A stretch of 64,000 bases of DNA from an uncultured Thiobacillus sp. (GCA_964466195.1 CAYXMQ010000009.1:20568-84567), one strand, 5' to 3'. Positions 27,638 to 38,468 are shown, counted from the first letter of the stretch. Made by a program: numbers and translations. Notes: a model not told the origin generated them from the letters alone.

Positions 27638-28495
27638 ATGAAAAACAAAATTTGCCCTGCATCGTTTTTTGCTGTCTTCAGGCTGGCCTTGTTGCTGGCC
27701 TTGCCGGGCCTCGCCGTCGCTGAAACCTACAGCTTCGGCGTGCTTTCGCAGCGCAGTCCGTTGCTGACTGCCGAGTACTGGAATCCCATTCTTGAGCATG
27801 TCACGCGCCAGACCGGTATTGAACTGCGGCTCAGGAGCACGCGCACCGCGCCGGAATCGAGTGCGGCGCAGGCGCGCGGCGAATACGATTTCGTCTATTC
27901 CAATCAGATTTTTGCGCCCGCCATTGCGCCGCAGGGCTACCGCGTGCTGTTGCGCCCGCGCGGCGCGCCGATCCGCGGCCAGTTCGTCACGCTGGAAGGC
28001 TCGCCGCTGCGTACGCTGGCCGATCTCGCCGGGCGAGAAGTCGGTTTCCCTTCCCGCGCAGCCTTCATCGCTTATGCCGTACCGATGGACGCGCTGCTGC
28101 GCCAGGGCATCTCGGCCAAGCCGACGTTCGGCGGCAACCAGGAAGGCATCATGGGCCAGCTCAAGGCCGGCCGCGTGGCTGCCGCCGGGGTCAACGACGA
28201 AGTGATGCGCCAGTACGCCGCGCGCGAGAACCTGCGCTACCGCGTCTTGTGGGAATCGCCGCTGTTTCAGAATCTGCCCATCGCCGCCCACCCGCGCGTG
28301 CCCGACAAGGTTGCGGCTGCGGTGCAGCAGGCGTTCGCCGGCATGATTGATGATCTGGAAGGGCGGCGCGTGCTGGCCGCCAGCGCGGCCGTGCTCAAGG
28401 AAAAACCGCCGCTGGGCTTCACGCCGGCCAGCCCGAGCGATTACCAGAACTACCTGGATTTCTACCGCCACACGCTGGTCAAGGATATCGAATAG
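27638..28495 (+). CDS. PhnD-family periplasmic substrate-binding protein (phosphonate/phosphite-binding fold)
   Basis: Signal peptide ...LALPGLAVA. SFGVLSQRSP...YWNPIL... and later motifs are typical of PhnD-like binding proteins. No ABC permease or ATPase is adjacent. Confidence 0.8.
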   Translation: MKNKICPASFFAVFRLALLLALPGLAVAETYSFGVLSQRSPLLTAEYWNPILEHVTRQTGIELRLRSTRTAPESSAAQARGEYDFVYSNQIFAPAIAPQGYRVLLRPRGAPIRGQFVTLEGSPLRTLADLAGREVGFPSRAAFIAYAVPMDALLRQGISAKPTFGGNQEGIMGQLKAGRVAAAGVNDEVMRQYAARENLRYRVLWESPLFQNLPIAAHPRVPDKVAAAVQQAFAGMIDDLEGRRVLAASAAVLKEKPPLGFTPASPSDYQNYLDFYRHTLVKDIE

Positions 28496-31276
28496 ATGCC
28501 TGCCCCCGGAGTCTGGTCGCGCATGTCATTGAGCGTGCGTTTGATCACCGTGGCCGGCGGGGTATTCCTGCTGACCTTGATGGTGATGTTGTTCTTTGTG
28601 GCGCGTCTCGAATTCCAGGAGGCGCAGGACACGCTGCGCAGCCAGCTCGCCGAGGAGTTGCGCACCTTGCCTGCCGGCCTGGCGGATGTGCTGGTCATCG
28701 GCGATTTCGCCAGCCTGCAGCAAAACCTCAACCAGAGGGTGAAGGCGGTCAATATCGAGCGTATCCGCTACACCGACGCCAGCGGCGCCAGGCTGGAAAG
28801 CTTCGATACCCCGTCCCAGTTGGCTGCCCCGGACTGGTTTGCGGCCTGGAGCGGCTTGAGCGAGCTGAGCGGGGAGGCGCCGGCGATCATTGGCGAACGC
28901 CGTTATGGCGAGTTCGATGTCATTCTGACGCCCGAGAATTTGATCAACGGAATCTGGGGCCATCTGCTGCTGCATCTGGAGATCCTGTTGCTGGCGATGG
29001 CCCTGGTATCTGTGGGCATTTGGGCTGTGCTGCGGCGGGGACTGAAGCCGTTGCATGATCTGGCGGCCGGCAGCCTGGCCCTGGCGGCCGGCGACTTCGC
29101 CTTTCGCGTGCCGGAACGCGGCAGCCCGGAACTGCGACATGTCGGCACGGCCTTCAACCGCATGGCAGGCGAAGTGCAATTCACGCTGAACGCGCTCGCC
29201 GAAAGCGAGAGCCGGGTTTCCGCCATCCTGCAATCGATCGGTGACGGCCTCATCGCCACCGATACGACGATGCGCATCACTTACCTTAATGCGATCGCCG
29301 AAGCGCTCACCGGCTGGACGGAAGCGGAGGCAGTCGGCCGCTCGATCACCGAAGTGTTGGTAATCGAAAATGCGCTGACCGGGCAGCCGGCGGAGATTCC
29401 CGTGGCGCGGGTGCTGGAGAGCGGCGTGATCGTCGGCCTGGCGAATCACACGGTGCTGGTCGCCCGCGACGGCAGCCGGCGCCATATCGCCGATAGCGCC
29501 GCGCCGATCCGCGATGCAACCGGCCGGCTGGCCGGCGTGGTGATGGTGTTTCGCGACGTGACCGAAGCCTATGGCCTGCGCTCCTCGCTGGAAGACAGCC
29601 GCGCGCGCCTGGAGCTGGCCTTGAAGGGCGCCGACCTGGGTTTGTGGGACCGCAACATCGCCACCGGCGATATGGTTTTCGACCAGCGCTGGGCCGCCAT
29701 GCTGGGCTATCGCCTGGACGAGATCGAGCAGAGCTTGCTGACCTGGGAAAACGCCGTGCATCCGGACGATTTGCCGGCGGCTAAACAGGCTTTGCAGAAC
29801 CATATGGACGGACTCACTCTCCAGTACGAGGCCGAGCATCGTTTGCGTACCAAGTCCGGCGACTGGCGCTGGATATTGACGCGCGGCCGCGTCACCGCAC
29901 GCGACGCGGCCGGCCGGCCGTTGCGCCTCACCGGCACGCATCTGGACATCGGCGAACGCAAACGGGCGGAGGCGGAAATCGAACGGCTGGCCTATTCCGA
30001 TACGCTTACCGACCTGCCCAACCGCCGCCTGCTGCTCGATCGCCTGCAACAGGCGCTGGTCGCCGCGCGGCGGACGGGCGAGTTCGGCGCCATGCTGTTC
30101 ATCGACATCGACCATTTCAAACACCTGAACGATTCGCGCGGACATGCCGCCGGCGACCAGCTGTTGCGACATGTCGCCAAGCGGCTCAGCGCGCAAGTGC
30201 GCGCGGTGGACACCGTGGCGCGCATCGGCGGCGACGAGTTCGTCGTGCTGCTGGTCGGCCTCGCGGAGCAGGTCGATTCGGCCGCCAATCAGGCGCGCGG
30301 CCTGGCGGAAAAACTGCTGGCCAGCCTGTCGCGCGGGTTCTTTCTCGATGACCTCGAACACCCCATCGGCGCGAGCATCGGCATAGCCCTGTTCCCGGAA
30401 GATTCGGAATCCGCCGATGACCTGTTGCGCCGCGCCGACACGGCCATGTACAGCGCGAAGGAATCGGGCCGCGGCCGGCTGCGTTTTTTCGAGCCGGCCA
30501 TGCAGGCGGCGGTCACCGAGCGCATGGAACTCGAGCGCGACCTGCGCCAGGCCATGGAGCGCGGCGAACTGCGCCTCTACCTGCAGCCGCAGTTTGATGC
30601 GGCGGGCAGCCTGGTCGGCGCCGAGGCTTTGCTACGCTGGCAACACCCCGAGCGCGGCCTGGTCCCGCCGGTCAGCTTCATCCCGCTGGCCGAGGAAACC
30701 GGCTTGATCGTGCCGATCGGCGAATGGGTGATCACCACCGCCATGCGCATCCTGAAACAACTGGAAGACGCGGGCCGCAACCTGCGCCTTGCCGTCAACG
30801 TCAGCCCGCTGCAGTTCCGCGAGGCGGATTTCGTCGCACGCGTGCGCACGCTGTTGCAGCAGACCGGCGCCTATGCGCCGCGCCTGACGCTGGAGATCAC
30901 CGAAGGGCTGTTGATGAGCAACGTCGGCGAGGCCGTCGCGCGCATGAACGAACTGGAAAGCCTGGGCGTGTCATTCAGCCTCGACGATTTCGGCACCGGC
31001 TTTTCCTCGCTGTCTTATCTGAAACGCCTGCAGTTGCGCGAACTCAAGATCGACCGCGCTTTTGTCGACGGCCTGCCGCGCGATCAGGATGACGTCGCGC
31101 TGGTGGAAGCCATCCTGGCCATCGCTCGCAATTTCTGTCTGACCGTGGTGGCCGAGGGCGTCGAAAACCAAGCCCAGCTCGAATTCCTCAAGGCCAGCGG
31201 CTGCGATGTCTTTCAAGGCTACCTGCTCGGTCGGCCGGTTCCGGCGGAGACTTTTTTGCGCGATCTCGGCTTGTAG
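28496..31276 (+). CDS. membrane sensor: periplasmic domain-HAMP-PAS-PAS-GGDEF-EAL
   Basis: The ATG abuts the stop of the binding-protein gene (TAGATG). RIGGDEF with an RAVD I-site. EAL-domain motifs EITEG, DDFGTG, KIDRAF and EGVE. An alternative start is ATG 28523. Confidence 0.9.
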   Translation: MPAPGVWSRMSLSVRLITVAGGVFLLTLMVMLFFVARLEFQEAQDTLRSQLAEELRTLPAGLADVLVIGDFASLQQNLNQRVKAVNIERIRYTDASGARLESFDTPSQLAAPDWFAAWSGLSELSGEAPAIIGERRYGEFDVILTPENLINGIWGHLLLHLEILLLAMALVSVGIWAVLRRGLKPLHDLAAGSLALAAGDFAFRVPERGSPELRHVGTAFNRMAGEVQFTLNALAESESRVSAILQSIGDGLIATDTTMRITYLNAIAEALTGWTEAEAVGRSITEVLVIENALTGQPAEIPVARVLESGVIVGLANHTVLVARDGSRRHIADSAAPIRDATGRLAGVVMVFRDVTEAYGLRSSLEDSRARLELALKGADLGLWDRNIATGDMVFDQRWAAMLGYRLDEIEQSLLTWENAVHPDDLPAAKQALQNHMDGLTLQYEAEHRLRTKSGDWRWILTRGRVTARDAAGRPLRLTGTHLDIGERKRAEAEIERLAYSDTLTDLPNRRLLLDRLQQALVAARRTGEFGAMLFIDIDHFKHLNDSRGHAAGDQLLRHVAKRLSAQVRAVDTVARIGGDEFVVLLVGLAEQVDSAANQARGLAEKLLASLSRGFFLDDLEHPIGASIGIALFPEDSESADDLLRRADTAMYSAKESGRGRLRFFEPAMQAAVTERMELERDLRQAMERGELRLYLQPQFDAAGSLVGAEALLRWQHPERGLVPPVSFIPLAEETGLIVPIGEWVITTAMRILKQLEDAGRNLRLAVNVSPLQFREADFVARVRTLLQQTGAYAPRLTLEITEGLLMSNVGEAVARMNELESLGVSFSLDDFGTGFSSLSYLKRLQLRELKIDRAFVDGLPRDQDDVALVEAILAIARNFCLTVVAEGVENQAQLEFLKASGCDVFQGYLLGRPVPAETFLRDLGL

Positions 31277-31334
31277 TCGAATCAGGCAGCAGGCAAACCC
31301 GGCGCTCGATCAAGCCCTTTCACGCCCCAGTCCC

Positions 31335-31604
31335 TTGGCCGCTCCGAAAACCTGGTTCGTCTACATCCTGCGCTGCGCCGACGACACGCTTTATACCGGC
31401 GTCAGCACCGATGTCGCGCGCCGGCTCGACGAGCACAACGCCGGTGCGCCGCTGGGCGCGCGCTACACCCGCGTGCGCCGGCCGGTGACGCTGGCGTATC
31501 AGGAGCGTGTGGCGAACCGTTCCGAAGCGCAGCGGCGGGAGCTGGAAATCAAGCTGCTGAACCGGGCTGCGAAACTGGCGCTGATCGCGGCCGCCAAGAC
31601 GTAG
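31335..31604 (+). CDS. GIY-YIG nuclease family protein (small, UPF0213-like)
   Basis: WFVYILRCADDTLYTGVSTDVARRLDEHN is a GIY-YIG motif. The start is uncertain. I propose TTG 31335 because the track's ATG at 31206 would overlap the EAL gene. Confidence 0.65.
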   Translation: MAAPKTWFVYILRCADDTLYTGVSTDVARRLDEHNAGAPLGARYTRVRRPVTLAYQERVANRSEAQRRELEIKLLNRAAKLALIAAAKT

Positions 31605-31620
31605 GGCGCCCTGCACGCGT

Positions 31621-33354
31621 TCAGCCGCGCTCGACGCGATTGCGGCCAAGCCGCTTGGCTTCATACATCGCGGCGTCGGCGCGCGCCACCAGCGCGGCTT
31701 GATTCTCATCGGGGCGCAGTTCGGCGACGCCGGCGCTGAAGGTGATCAGGACGCGCTCGTTTTCGTGCAGGAAGAGCCGCCGGGTCAGCTCGCGCTGGAT
31801 GCGTTTCATGACCTGTTCGGCTTCGGCGAGATCGGTATTCGGCAGCAGCAGCAGAAACTCTTCACCGCCATAGCGCGCCAGCGTATCGGTCGGGCGCAGC
31901 AAGCCGTGCACGACGCGGGTCAGGTGGCGCAGCGCTTCGTCGCCGGCCTGATGGCCGTGGTGGTCGTTGAGTTTCTTGAAATGATCGAGGTCCAGCATGC
32001 CGATCGACAGCGGCGCCCGCAGGCGTTGGCTGCGGGCGAGTTCGCGCTCGAAGGCTTCGTCCATGCCGCGCCGGTTGAGCGCGCCGGTGAGCTGGTCCTC
32101 GCGCACCAGCGTGCTGACCTTGGCCAATTCCTGTTGCAGTTCCTGCACACGTTGTTCGGCCAGTTCCGCCTGGGTGCGCGCGCTGACCAGTTCATCATGG
32201 TTGCCGCGCAAGGTATCGCGCAGGCCGCCGATATCGGCCGACAGGCCGCCGACGACATCGCTGAGCTCGGTCAGATTGTTGGCCTGGCTGATCTTCTCGG
32301 AGTACTCGCCGATGCGGGTGTGGTAGCCCTCCGCGCTCTGGCTCATTTCGCCGACCCGGTCGATGAATGTCGACACCAGGTCTTTCAGGCGCGAACGCGC
32401 TTCTTCCAGGCCGCCCATCAACCTGCCCTGCTTGTAGGCGAGTTCGCGCAGGCCGCGCTCGGCGTCGAGCAACACTTCAGGGTGCAGATCGCCGGCCATC
32501 AGGTTCTGCATGGTGGTCAGCTGGCCGGACAGCCAGGCTTCATCGCCGACCAGTTCGCCGATGTTGAGGAACAGCAGGCCCATCAGCCGCTTAAGGCCGG
32601 CGGCCAGTTCATGGTCATCTTCGACATAAATCAGCAGATCGCGCCACAGCGCCGACCAACTATCGTAATGCTGCGCTTCGAGTTGCTTGCGGCCGGCGAT
32701 CGCTGCGGCCAGATTCTCCGCGCGTTTCGACAGTTCCGGCCAGCGCGCCTGGCAGGTGCCGGCGAGCTGACGCAGATTGGTTTCCAGCGCTTGCAGCAAG
32801 GCTTGGCCATCACCGGCATCGGGCGCTGCAGCAACGGCCGACTCCAGCCGAGCGGATTCGCTCCGCTCTGGCGTGCGGGGTGTTTCGACCGTCTGGCGAC
32901 TCGCCGCGGCCGCCGCTTCGGGAGGTGGCGGCGAGGCCGTATCTTCCTTGTCGTCGCCGTTGCCGCGCGACCAGGACAAGGTCAGCGCGCTAAGCTTCTC
33001 GTGCAACGCATGGCTGTCGTTGCCGAAATTGATCAGCACGCGTTCCAGCATTTCCTTCTTGCGCGCCGAGGTCAGCCCGGATTGGCGCAGATCCCACTGC
33101 CGCACCAGTCCGCGCAACAGATCGGGCCATTTCGGTTCGGGTTTGGCCATGGCAGCGGTGGGGCTGCCGGGTTGGGCGCCGACGCCGGCCACTTCGTTGT
33201 AGGCCTGCTGAAAATTGTCCGGCGTCGGCGGTAAGCGCTTGGAAGTCAGCAGGCGGATGGCTTCGCGGGCGAGTTCCGCCGGTTGCTTGGTCAAGGGCTT
33301 GGCGGCGGACTTGGCCGTGGACTTGATTGGGGCGGGCTGATTAGCATGTTTCAT
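31621..33354 (-). CDS. diguanylate cyclase with a long N-terminal coiled-coil/unknown domain
   Basis: ATG 33354 (MKHANQPAP...). C-terminal GGEEF with an RPTD I-site. The N-terminal LPPTPDNFQQAY motif is seen in a family of GGDEF proteins. Confidence 0.85.
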   Translation of the reverse strand: MKHANQPAPIKSTAKSAAKPLTKQPAELAREAIRLLTSKRLPPTPDNFQQAYNEVAGVGAQPGSPTAAMAKPEPKWPDLLRGLVRQWDLRQSGLTSARKKEMLERVLINFGNDSHALHEKLSALTLSWSRGNGDDKEDTASPPPPEAAAAASRQTVETPRTPERSESARLESAVAAAPDAGDGQALLQALETNLRQLAGTCQARWPELSKRAENLAAAIAGRKQLEAQHYDSWSALWRDLLIYVEDDHELAAGLKRLMGLLFLNIGELVGDEAWLSGQLTTMQNLMAGDLHPEVLLDAERGLRELAYKQGRLMGGLEEARSRLKDLVSTFIDRVGEMSQSAEGYHTRIGEYSEKISQANNLTELSDVVGGLSADIGGLRDTLRGNHDELVSARTQAELAEQRVQELQQELAKVSTLVREDQLTGALNRRGMDEAFERELARSQRLRAPLSIGMLDLDHFKKLNDHHGHQAGDEALRHLTRVVHGLLRPTDTLARYGGEEFLLLLPNTDLAEAEQVMKRIQRELTRRLFLHENERVLITFSAGVAELRPDENQAALVARADAAMYEAKRLGRNRVERG

Positions 33355-33426
33355 GACGGGCGCAAAATCTCGGGGGAAAATGGCGGCCCGGGTAGTTTTG
33401 CCCAGAATCGAAGACAAGTGGGTTCC

Positions 33427-34134
33427 ATGCGCCTGAATTTCCATTTTTTTCTGCTCTGCCTGTCTGCGTCCGTCGCCTTCTGGCCGGCGCCCGGCCTGGC
33501 CGCAAGGGCTTGGCAGGATCTGCAGAAAACGCGCGGCCAGGCTGCGGCCTGGCTGGAGCAACAGGCCATGGCGGCCTTTCCCGGCAGCCTCGCCCAGGCC
33601 AGCGTCGGCGACGTCGATGCGCGCCTGCGTTTAATCGCCTGCGCCGAGGCGCGGTTTTTCCTGCCCGCCAATGCCAACCTGTGGGGGCGCGGCAGTCTGG
33701 GCGTGCGCTGCGAAGCGCCGTCGCCGTGGGCGTTTTATCTTAGTTATCAGGTTCGCCTGAGCGGTCCCGCGCTGGTCTCCACCCGTCCGATCACGGCGCG
33801 CGAGGCGCCCGCCGGCGGCGATGTCGAACTGCGCCAGATCGAATACACCCAGTCGCCTGATCTGTACCCGCGCGCCTTGCCGGCCGGCGCCCGCGTCAAC
33901 CGTCCCCTCGCCGCCGGCCAGGCCATCGTGATCGGTTGGCTGTCCTTGCCGAGCGTGATTCATGCCGGCCGCCAGGTGCGCCTGCAAACGCGTACCGCCG
34001 CGTTCACCGTCAGTCAGGACGGCATCGCGCTGAATACCGCCGCCCCGGGCGAGATGGTGCGGGTGAAGACGCCGGGCGGGCGCATCGTGCAAGGCCTGGC
34101 GCAGCAGGATGGCACAGTGGCGGTGCGGCCCTGA
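33427..34134 (+). CDS. flgA: flagellar basal-body P-ring formation chaperone FlgA (SAF domain)
   Basis: Signal peptide, a paired-Cys region (LIACAE...LGVRCE) and a C-terminal SAF/FlgA pattern (GEMVRVKTPGGRIVQGLAQQDGTVAV). These line up with FlgA as I remember it. Confidence 0.7.
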   Translation: MRLNFHFFLLCLSASVAFWPAPGLAARAWQDLQKTRGQAAAWLEQQAMAAFPGSLAQASVGDVDARLRLIACAEARFFLPANANLWGRGSLGVRCEAPSPWAFYLSYQVRLSGPALVSTRPITAREAPAGGDVELRQIEYTQSPDLYPRALPAGARVNRPLAAGQAIVIGWLSLPSVIHAGRQVRLQTRTAAFTVSQDGIALNTAAPGEMVRVKTPGGRIVQGLAQQDGTVAVRP

Positions 34135-34156
34135 AGTTCTGACGATAGGGTGGGTG

Positions 34157-35350
34157 TCAGCGCGGTTTCACGCGCGCACCGTCGCTGAGCATGTCGTCCG
34201 GAAGACTGACCACCTGGGCGCCGACAGAAAGCCCCGACAGCAACTGCGTCGCCAGCCCCGCACGCTGACCGGTTTCGACCGGCGTCATGCGGGCTCGCCC
34301 GCCCTCCACCACGAATACGGCCCAGCCCGCACCGTGACGGAACAGCGCGCTGGTCGGCAGTTGCAGCACGTCTTCGCCTTCCCACAGCACAAAGCGCGCT
34401 TCAACCCGGTAGCCGTCACCTAGCCGCTGCCATGCTGCGCGCGGCGAGGTGATATCAACAATAATCCGCACCCGCTGTTCCTCGACGCCAAGCGCCGATA
34501 TCTTGGTAAAGCCGCTCGGCTCCACCACGCGCACCGTGCCCTGCACAGGCTGATCGCCGCCCCAGCGGTCAAGAATCACCCTGGAGCCGGGGGCGATCTT
34601 GACCGCGTGGGTGGACAGCACTTCCACTTCGACTTCAAGGGTTTCGGGATTGCCGATCTCGAGCAGCGGCTGGCCGGTCGCCACCGCGCCTTCGCTTTCG
34701 TGCAGCAGTTTGAGCACGCGTGCGGCTACCGGCGCGCGGACCTGAAACTGCTCGGCCAAACCGCCTGCCTGCAAGCGAGTTGCGTTGGCAACGGCGGCGC
34801 GCGCCATGTCCAATTCGAAACGCGCCACTTTGACCGCGTGCGCTGCAGCCTGCTGGACCGCCAGAGTGCGGGTTTCCGCGCTGCGCGCGGTGTCAAGCGC
34901 CTGCGCCGACAGGAAATTGGACTGCCGCAAGGATTCGGCCCGCCCCCGCTCCTGCTGCGCCAGTTCTGCCGCAGCCGTGGCGGCGTGGGCGTTTTCCTGC
35001 GCCACGGCCAGCGCCGCCCGCGCGGCGCTGGCCTGCGCCTGTGCCTGGGCTCGGGTGCGCGGATCGAGCGCCACCGAACGCGCCGGTTCGATCACCGCCA
35101 GTACCTGACCGCTCGCCACGGCATCGCCCGCCTTGAGGTCGAGGCGGCGAACGTAGCCCGCGACCGGCGCTGACACCTGATAACGCTCGCTCACGCGGGT
35201 CTTGCCCTCTTCCTCCACCGTCACCGTGAGTGGTGCGCGTTTCACTTCGGCGATATCCACCGGCAGCGCACGCGGCATGAAGCCATAGACGAGCCCCGCC
35301 CCAACCAGGACGATGGTTGCCAGCATTCCCATTTTTGCGCGTAACAGCAT
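34157..35350 (-). CDS. HlyD/MacA-type periplasmic adaptor subunit
   Basis: N-terminal TM helix, a long Ala/Gln-rich coiled-coil hairpin, and a beta-barrel C-terminus. First ATG at 35350; GTG at 35359 is also possible. Confidence 0.85.
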   Translation of the reverse strand: MLLRAKMGMLATIVLVGAGLVYGFMPRALPVDIAEVKRAPLTVTVEEEGKTRVSERYQVSAPVAGYVRRLDLKAGDAVASGQVLAVIEPARSVALDPRTRAQAQAQASAARAALAVAQENAHAATAAAELAQQERGRAESLRQSNFLSAQALDTARSAETRTLAVQQAAAHAVKVARFELDMARAAVANATRLQAGGLAEQFQVRAPVAARVLKLLHESEGAVATGQPLLEIGNPETLEVEVEVLSTHAVKIAPGSRVILDRWGGDQPVQGTVRVVEPSGFTKISALGVEEQRVRIIVDITSPRAAWQRLGDGYRVEARFVLWEGEDVLQLPTSALFRHGAGWAVFVVEGGRARMTPVETGQRAGLATQLLSGLSVGAQVVSLPDDMLSDGARVKPR

Positions 35351-35365
35351 GATCGGCACTCTGCC

Positions 35366-37735
35366 TTATTCGCGTGTTTTCAATACCGCCACCAGGTCCA
35401 GCCGGCCTAACCGCAGCCATAGCAACAGCCCGGACAGCAGCGCGGAGACGAGGATGACACTCGCGCCCATGGCGTAATTTTCCGGCGTCAGGATCAGCGG
35501 CAGCCGGTAAAGCTCGCTCTTGAACGCCACCACCAGAATGCCGACCAGCCCCACGCCGACCAGGAAGCCGACCGGAATCGCCGCCAGCGTCAGCAGCGTG
35601 AGCTCGCCCAGCAGGATATAGGCGATCTCGCCGCGGGTGAACCCCAGCACGCGCAGGCTGGCCAGCTCGCGGCCGCGCTCCGACAAGGCGATACGCGCGC
35701 TGTTGTAGACCACGCCGAAGCCGATGGCGCCGGCCAGCAGCGTGGACACCAGCGTGTAGAACAGGATGAATTCGCCGATGGTGGCGTAGAAACTCTGGAT
35801 CGCTGCGACATTGGCCACCATGCCGAGCACGCGCGGCCGATCATGCAGTTTTGCGTAGAGCGCCGCTTCCGCACCCGGCTGCACCGCCAGATAGGCGCCG
35901 GATACCGTGCGGCCCTCGCGCATCAGCGCGTTCAGCGAATCCTGCTGCATATAGGCCGACACGCCCAGGTACTGTTGGGTAATGCCCAGCACCGGCACCT
36001 GCCGCACCGGACGGCTGCCTTCCAGCACTTCCACCGTCAGCATGTCGCCCGGCTTCACGTGCAGGATTTCATTGGCCAGATGATCGGTCAGCACCACGCC
36101 GCCCGGCTGCAGTTCAATCGGCTGCAGCTTGCTGTTGAGCGAGCGATGCAGCTCGCCTTGCGGCTGGATGCCGAACAGCGCGGCGCGGTGCTGGTGGTGC
36201 TCGAAGCGCAGGATTGCCGGCACATCGCGAAATCCCTCGACGAAATCGACGCCCGGCAGCGCAGCCAGTTCGTGCAGCGCACGCCCGGAGGTCGGCTCGA
36301 TGAAGGCGAGCGCCAGATCCTCGCGCGACGCCTGGCGGAACTGCACGTCGACCATGAAGTCGATCGCGCCCTTCTGGTAATTGCCCACCATCATCAAGCC
36401 GCAGGCGCTGGCGATGCCGAGCACGGTGAGCAGGGATTTCAACGGGCGCCGCTCGATATGGCGCAGGATCATCCGAGTCGGTGCGGAAAACCAGCGCTGC
36501 AGGCCGATACGCTCGATCAGCGTGGTACGGTAGGCCACCGGCATTTCCGGTCGCATCCCTTCGGCCGGCCGCAGCCGCGCCGCGCGCGCCACCGAGAACA
36601 GCGTTCCGCCCACCGCCGCCAGCGCACTGACGGCAAAGGCAATCAGGATCACGCCGGTATTGACGGCGTAGTCGAGATAGGGAAAACGGAAAGTCGTTTC
36701 ATGGTAGACATTGGACAGCCCCTGGCCGAACCAGGCGCCGAGCACCACGCCAGCTGCCACGCCCAGCGCCGCCATCAACAACACCAGCTTGACGAAGTGC
36801 GCACCGATCGCCAGATAGCTGTAGCCGAAGGCCTTGAGGATGGCAATCTGCTCGCGCTGCAGTGCGATCAGCCGGCTCAGCACCACGTTGAGCAGAAAGG
36901 CGGCCACCCCGAGAAAGATGGCCGGAAAAATGGTGGCCATGGTCTGCAGCTGCTTCAGCTCTTCGGTCAGGAAGCGGTTGGAAAACTGGTTCTTGCGGCC
37001 GTAGGCGCCGGTGCCGCCATAGGGGGCCAGCACCGCATCGACGCGGTCGATCACATCCTGTTCCTGCGCATCGCGCGCCAGCGTCAGGCTGACCTGATTG
37101 AAGGCGCCTTCCATGTCGTAGGCCGCGGCCAGGGCATTGCGTCCCATCCACAGCACGCCGTAGCGCTTGAAATCGGGGAACATGGCGCCCGGCGCGATCT
37201 GGTAGACGTATTCCGGCGACACCGCGACGCCGACTACGGTCAGTTGCTTGCGCTTGCCGTTGATGATGGCGGCGAGCGTGCCGCCCGGCTGGAAACCATG
37301 CGCGTCGGCAAAGGTTTCGGACAGCACCACCTCGTCCGCGCTCCATGGCTGCACTGTTCGCCCGCGCTTGATATACAGCCCGTTGAGCTGCGCCGCACCG
37401 ACATCCGGCAGCGACAGCAGCAGGCCGGTAATGGGGTCGGAAAACCCCGCCACCTCCAGCTTCACCCCCGCCCGCACCCGCGTCTCCAGGCGCTCCACGC
37501 CCGGCAAAGCGGCCAGGCGCTCGGCCAGTGTTTCGGGCGCGCGCTTCAGACTCGAAAACACCTCGGCAAAACGGTATTCGCTGTAGAAACGGTCGCGTGT
37601 CATGACCAGCGAATCGTAGGTGGACAGCGACATCACCATCGTGGCGATGCCGCCCATGATTACCGCCGCAATCGCCAGCACCTGGCCGCGCAGGTGCCAG
37701 AGGTCGCGAAACAGTTTGCGGTCGAGGGTTTTCAT
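35366..37735 (-). CDS. ABC transporter permease with two FtsX domains (MacB/YbbP-like)
   Basis: 789 aa with duplicated FtsX-type 4-TM modules separated by large periplasmic loops. Start at ATG 37735 ([18 protein letters not shown]). Confidence 0.85.
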   Translation of the reverse strand: MKTLDRKLFRDLWHLRGQVLAIAAVIMGGIATMVMSLSTYDSLVMTRDRFYSEYRFAEVFSSLKRAPETLAERLAALPGVERLETRVRAGVKLEVAGFSDPITGLLLSLPDVGAAQLNGLYIKRGRTVQPWSADEVVLSETFADAHGFQPGGTLAAIINGKRKQLTVVGVAVSPEYVYQIAPGAMFPDFKRYGVLWMGRNALAAAYDMEGAFNQVSLTLARDAQEQDVIDRVDAVLAPYGGTGAYGRKNQFSNRFLTEELKQLQTMATIFPAIFLGVAAFLLNVVLSRLIALQREQIAILKAFGYSYLAIGAHFVKLVLLMAALGVAAGVVLGAWFGQGLSNVYHETTFRFPYLDYAVNTGVILIAFAVSALAAVGGTLFSVARAARLRPAEGMRPEMPVAYRTTLIERIGLQRWFSAPTRMILRHIERRPLKSLLTVLGIASACGLMMVGNYQKGAIDFMVDVQFRQASREDLALAFIEPTSGRALHELAALPGVDFVEGFRDVPAILRFEHHQHRAALFGIQPQGELHRSLNSKLQPIELQPGGVVLTDHLANEILHVKPGDMLTVEVLEGSRPVRQVPVLGITQQYLGVSAYMQQDSLNALMREGRTVSGAYLAVQPGAEAALYAKLHDRPRVLGMVANVAAIQSFYATIGEFILFYTLVSTLLAGAIGFGVVYNSARIALSERGRELASLRVLGFTRGEIAYILLGELTLLTLAAIPVGFLVGVGLVGILVVAFKSELYRLPLILTPENYAMGASVILVSALLSGLLLWLRLGRLDLVAVLKTRE

Positions 37736-37745
37736 CTTCGGTCGC

Positions 37746-38468
37746 CTACCAGGCCAGCTCGCGCGCCGCCTTTTTCGACGGATTGGCGCGGACTTCTGCA
37801 ATCTTGCCGTCCGACAGCCGAATCACCCGATCGGCCATGTCGGCGATGCCGACGTTGTGGGTGATCAGCACCGTCAGCGTGCCGAGTTCGCGATTCACCT
37901 TTTCCAGAACTTCCAGCACCACCACGCCGGTGGCCGAATCGAGCGCACCGGTGGGCTCGTCGCACAGCAGCACGGCGGGATTCTTGGCGACTGCGCGGGC
38001 GATCGCCACGCGCTGTTGCTCGCCGCCGGAGAGCTGGGCCGGAAAATGGTCGAGGCGTTTGCCCAGCCCCACCAAGCCGAGCGCGTCTTCCGGCCGCATC
38101 GGTGCAGTCGAGATTTCGGTCACCGCAGCGACGTTCTCGCGCGCCGTCAGGCTGGGAATCAGGTTGTAGAACTGGAATACGAATCCGACGTGCTCGCGGC
38201 GAAAACGCGTGAGCTCGGACTCGGACGCGCCGGTCAGCATATGGTCGAGATAGCGCACCTCGCCGCCGGTCGGGGCGTCGAGCCCGCCGAGGATGTTCAA
38301 CAGCGTGGACTTGCCGCTGCCCGAGGGGCCGAGCAGCACCACCAGCTCGCCGCGATTGAGGGTCAGGTCGATGCCGCGCAGCGCATGCACCTCGACCTCG
38401 CCCATGCGGTAGACCTTGGTCAGGCCGTGCGCGACGAAAATCGCAGGATTGGTGTTTTCCGAAGTCAT
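37746..38468 (-). CDS. ABC transporter ATP-binding protein (MacB/LolD-type)
   Basis: Walker [10 protein letters not shown], signature LSGGEQQR, Walker B LLCDEPTG. Start at ATG 38468. Confidence 0.9.
   Translation of the reverse strand: MTSENTNPAIFVAHGLTKVYRMGEVEVHALRGIDLTLNRGELVVLLGPSGSGKSTLLNILGGLDAPTGGEVRYLDHMLTGASESELTRFRREHVGFVFQFYNLIPSLTARENVAAVTEISTAPMRPEDALGLVGLGKRLDHFPAQLSGGEQQRVAIARAVAKNPAVLLCDEPTGALDSATGVVVLEVLEKVNRELGTLTVLITHNVGIADMADRVIRLSDGKIAEVRANPSKKAARELAW

Noticed and set aside
33355-33426. Sigma-54 or sigma-28 promoter in the flgA / diguanylate cyclase spacer (TGGC...TTTTGC).
   Set aside because: The GG-to-GC spacing is 18 nt instead of 12. No TAAA-N15-GCCGATAA-like element is present.
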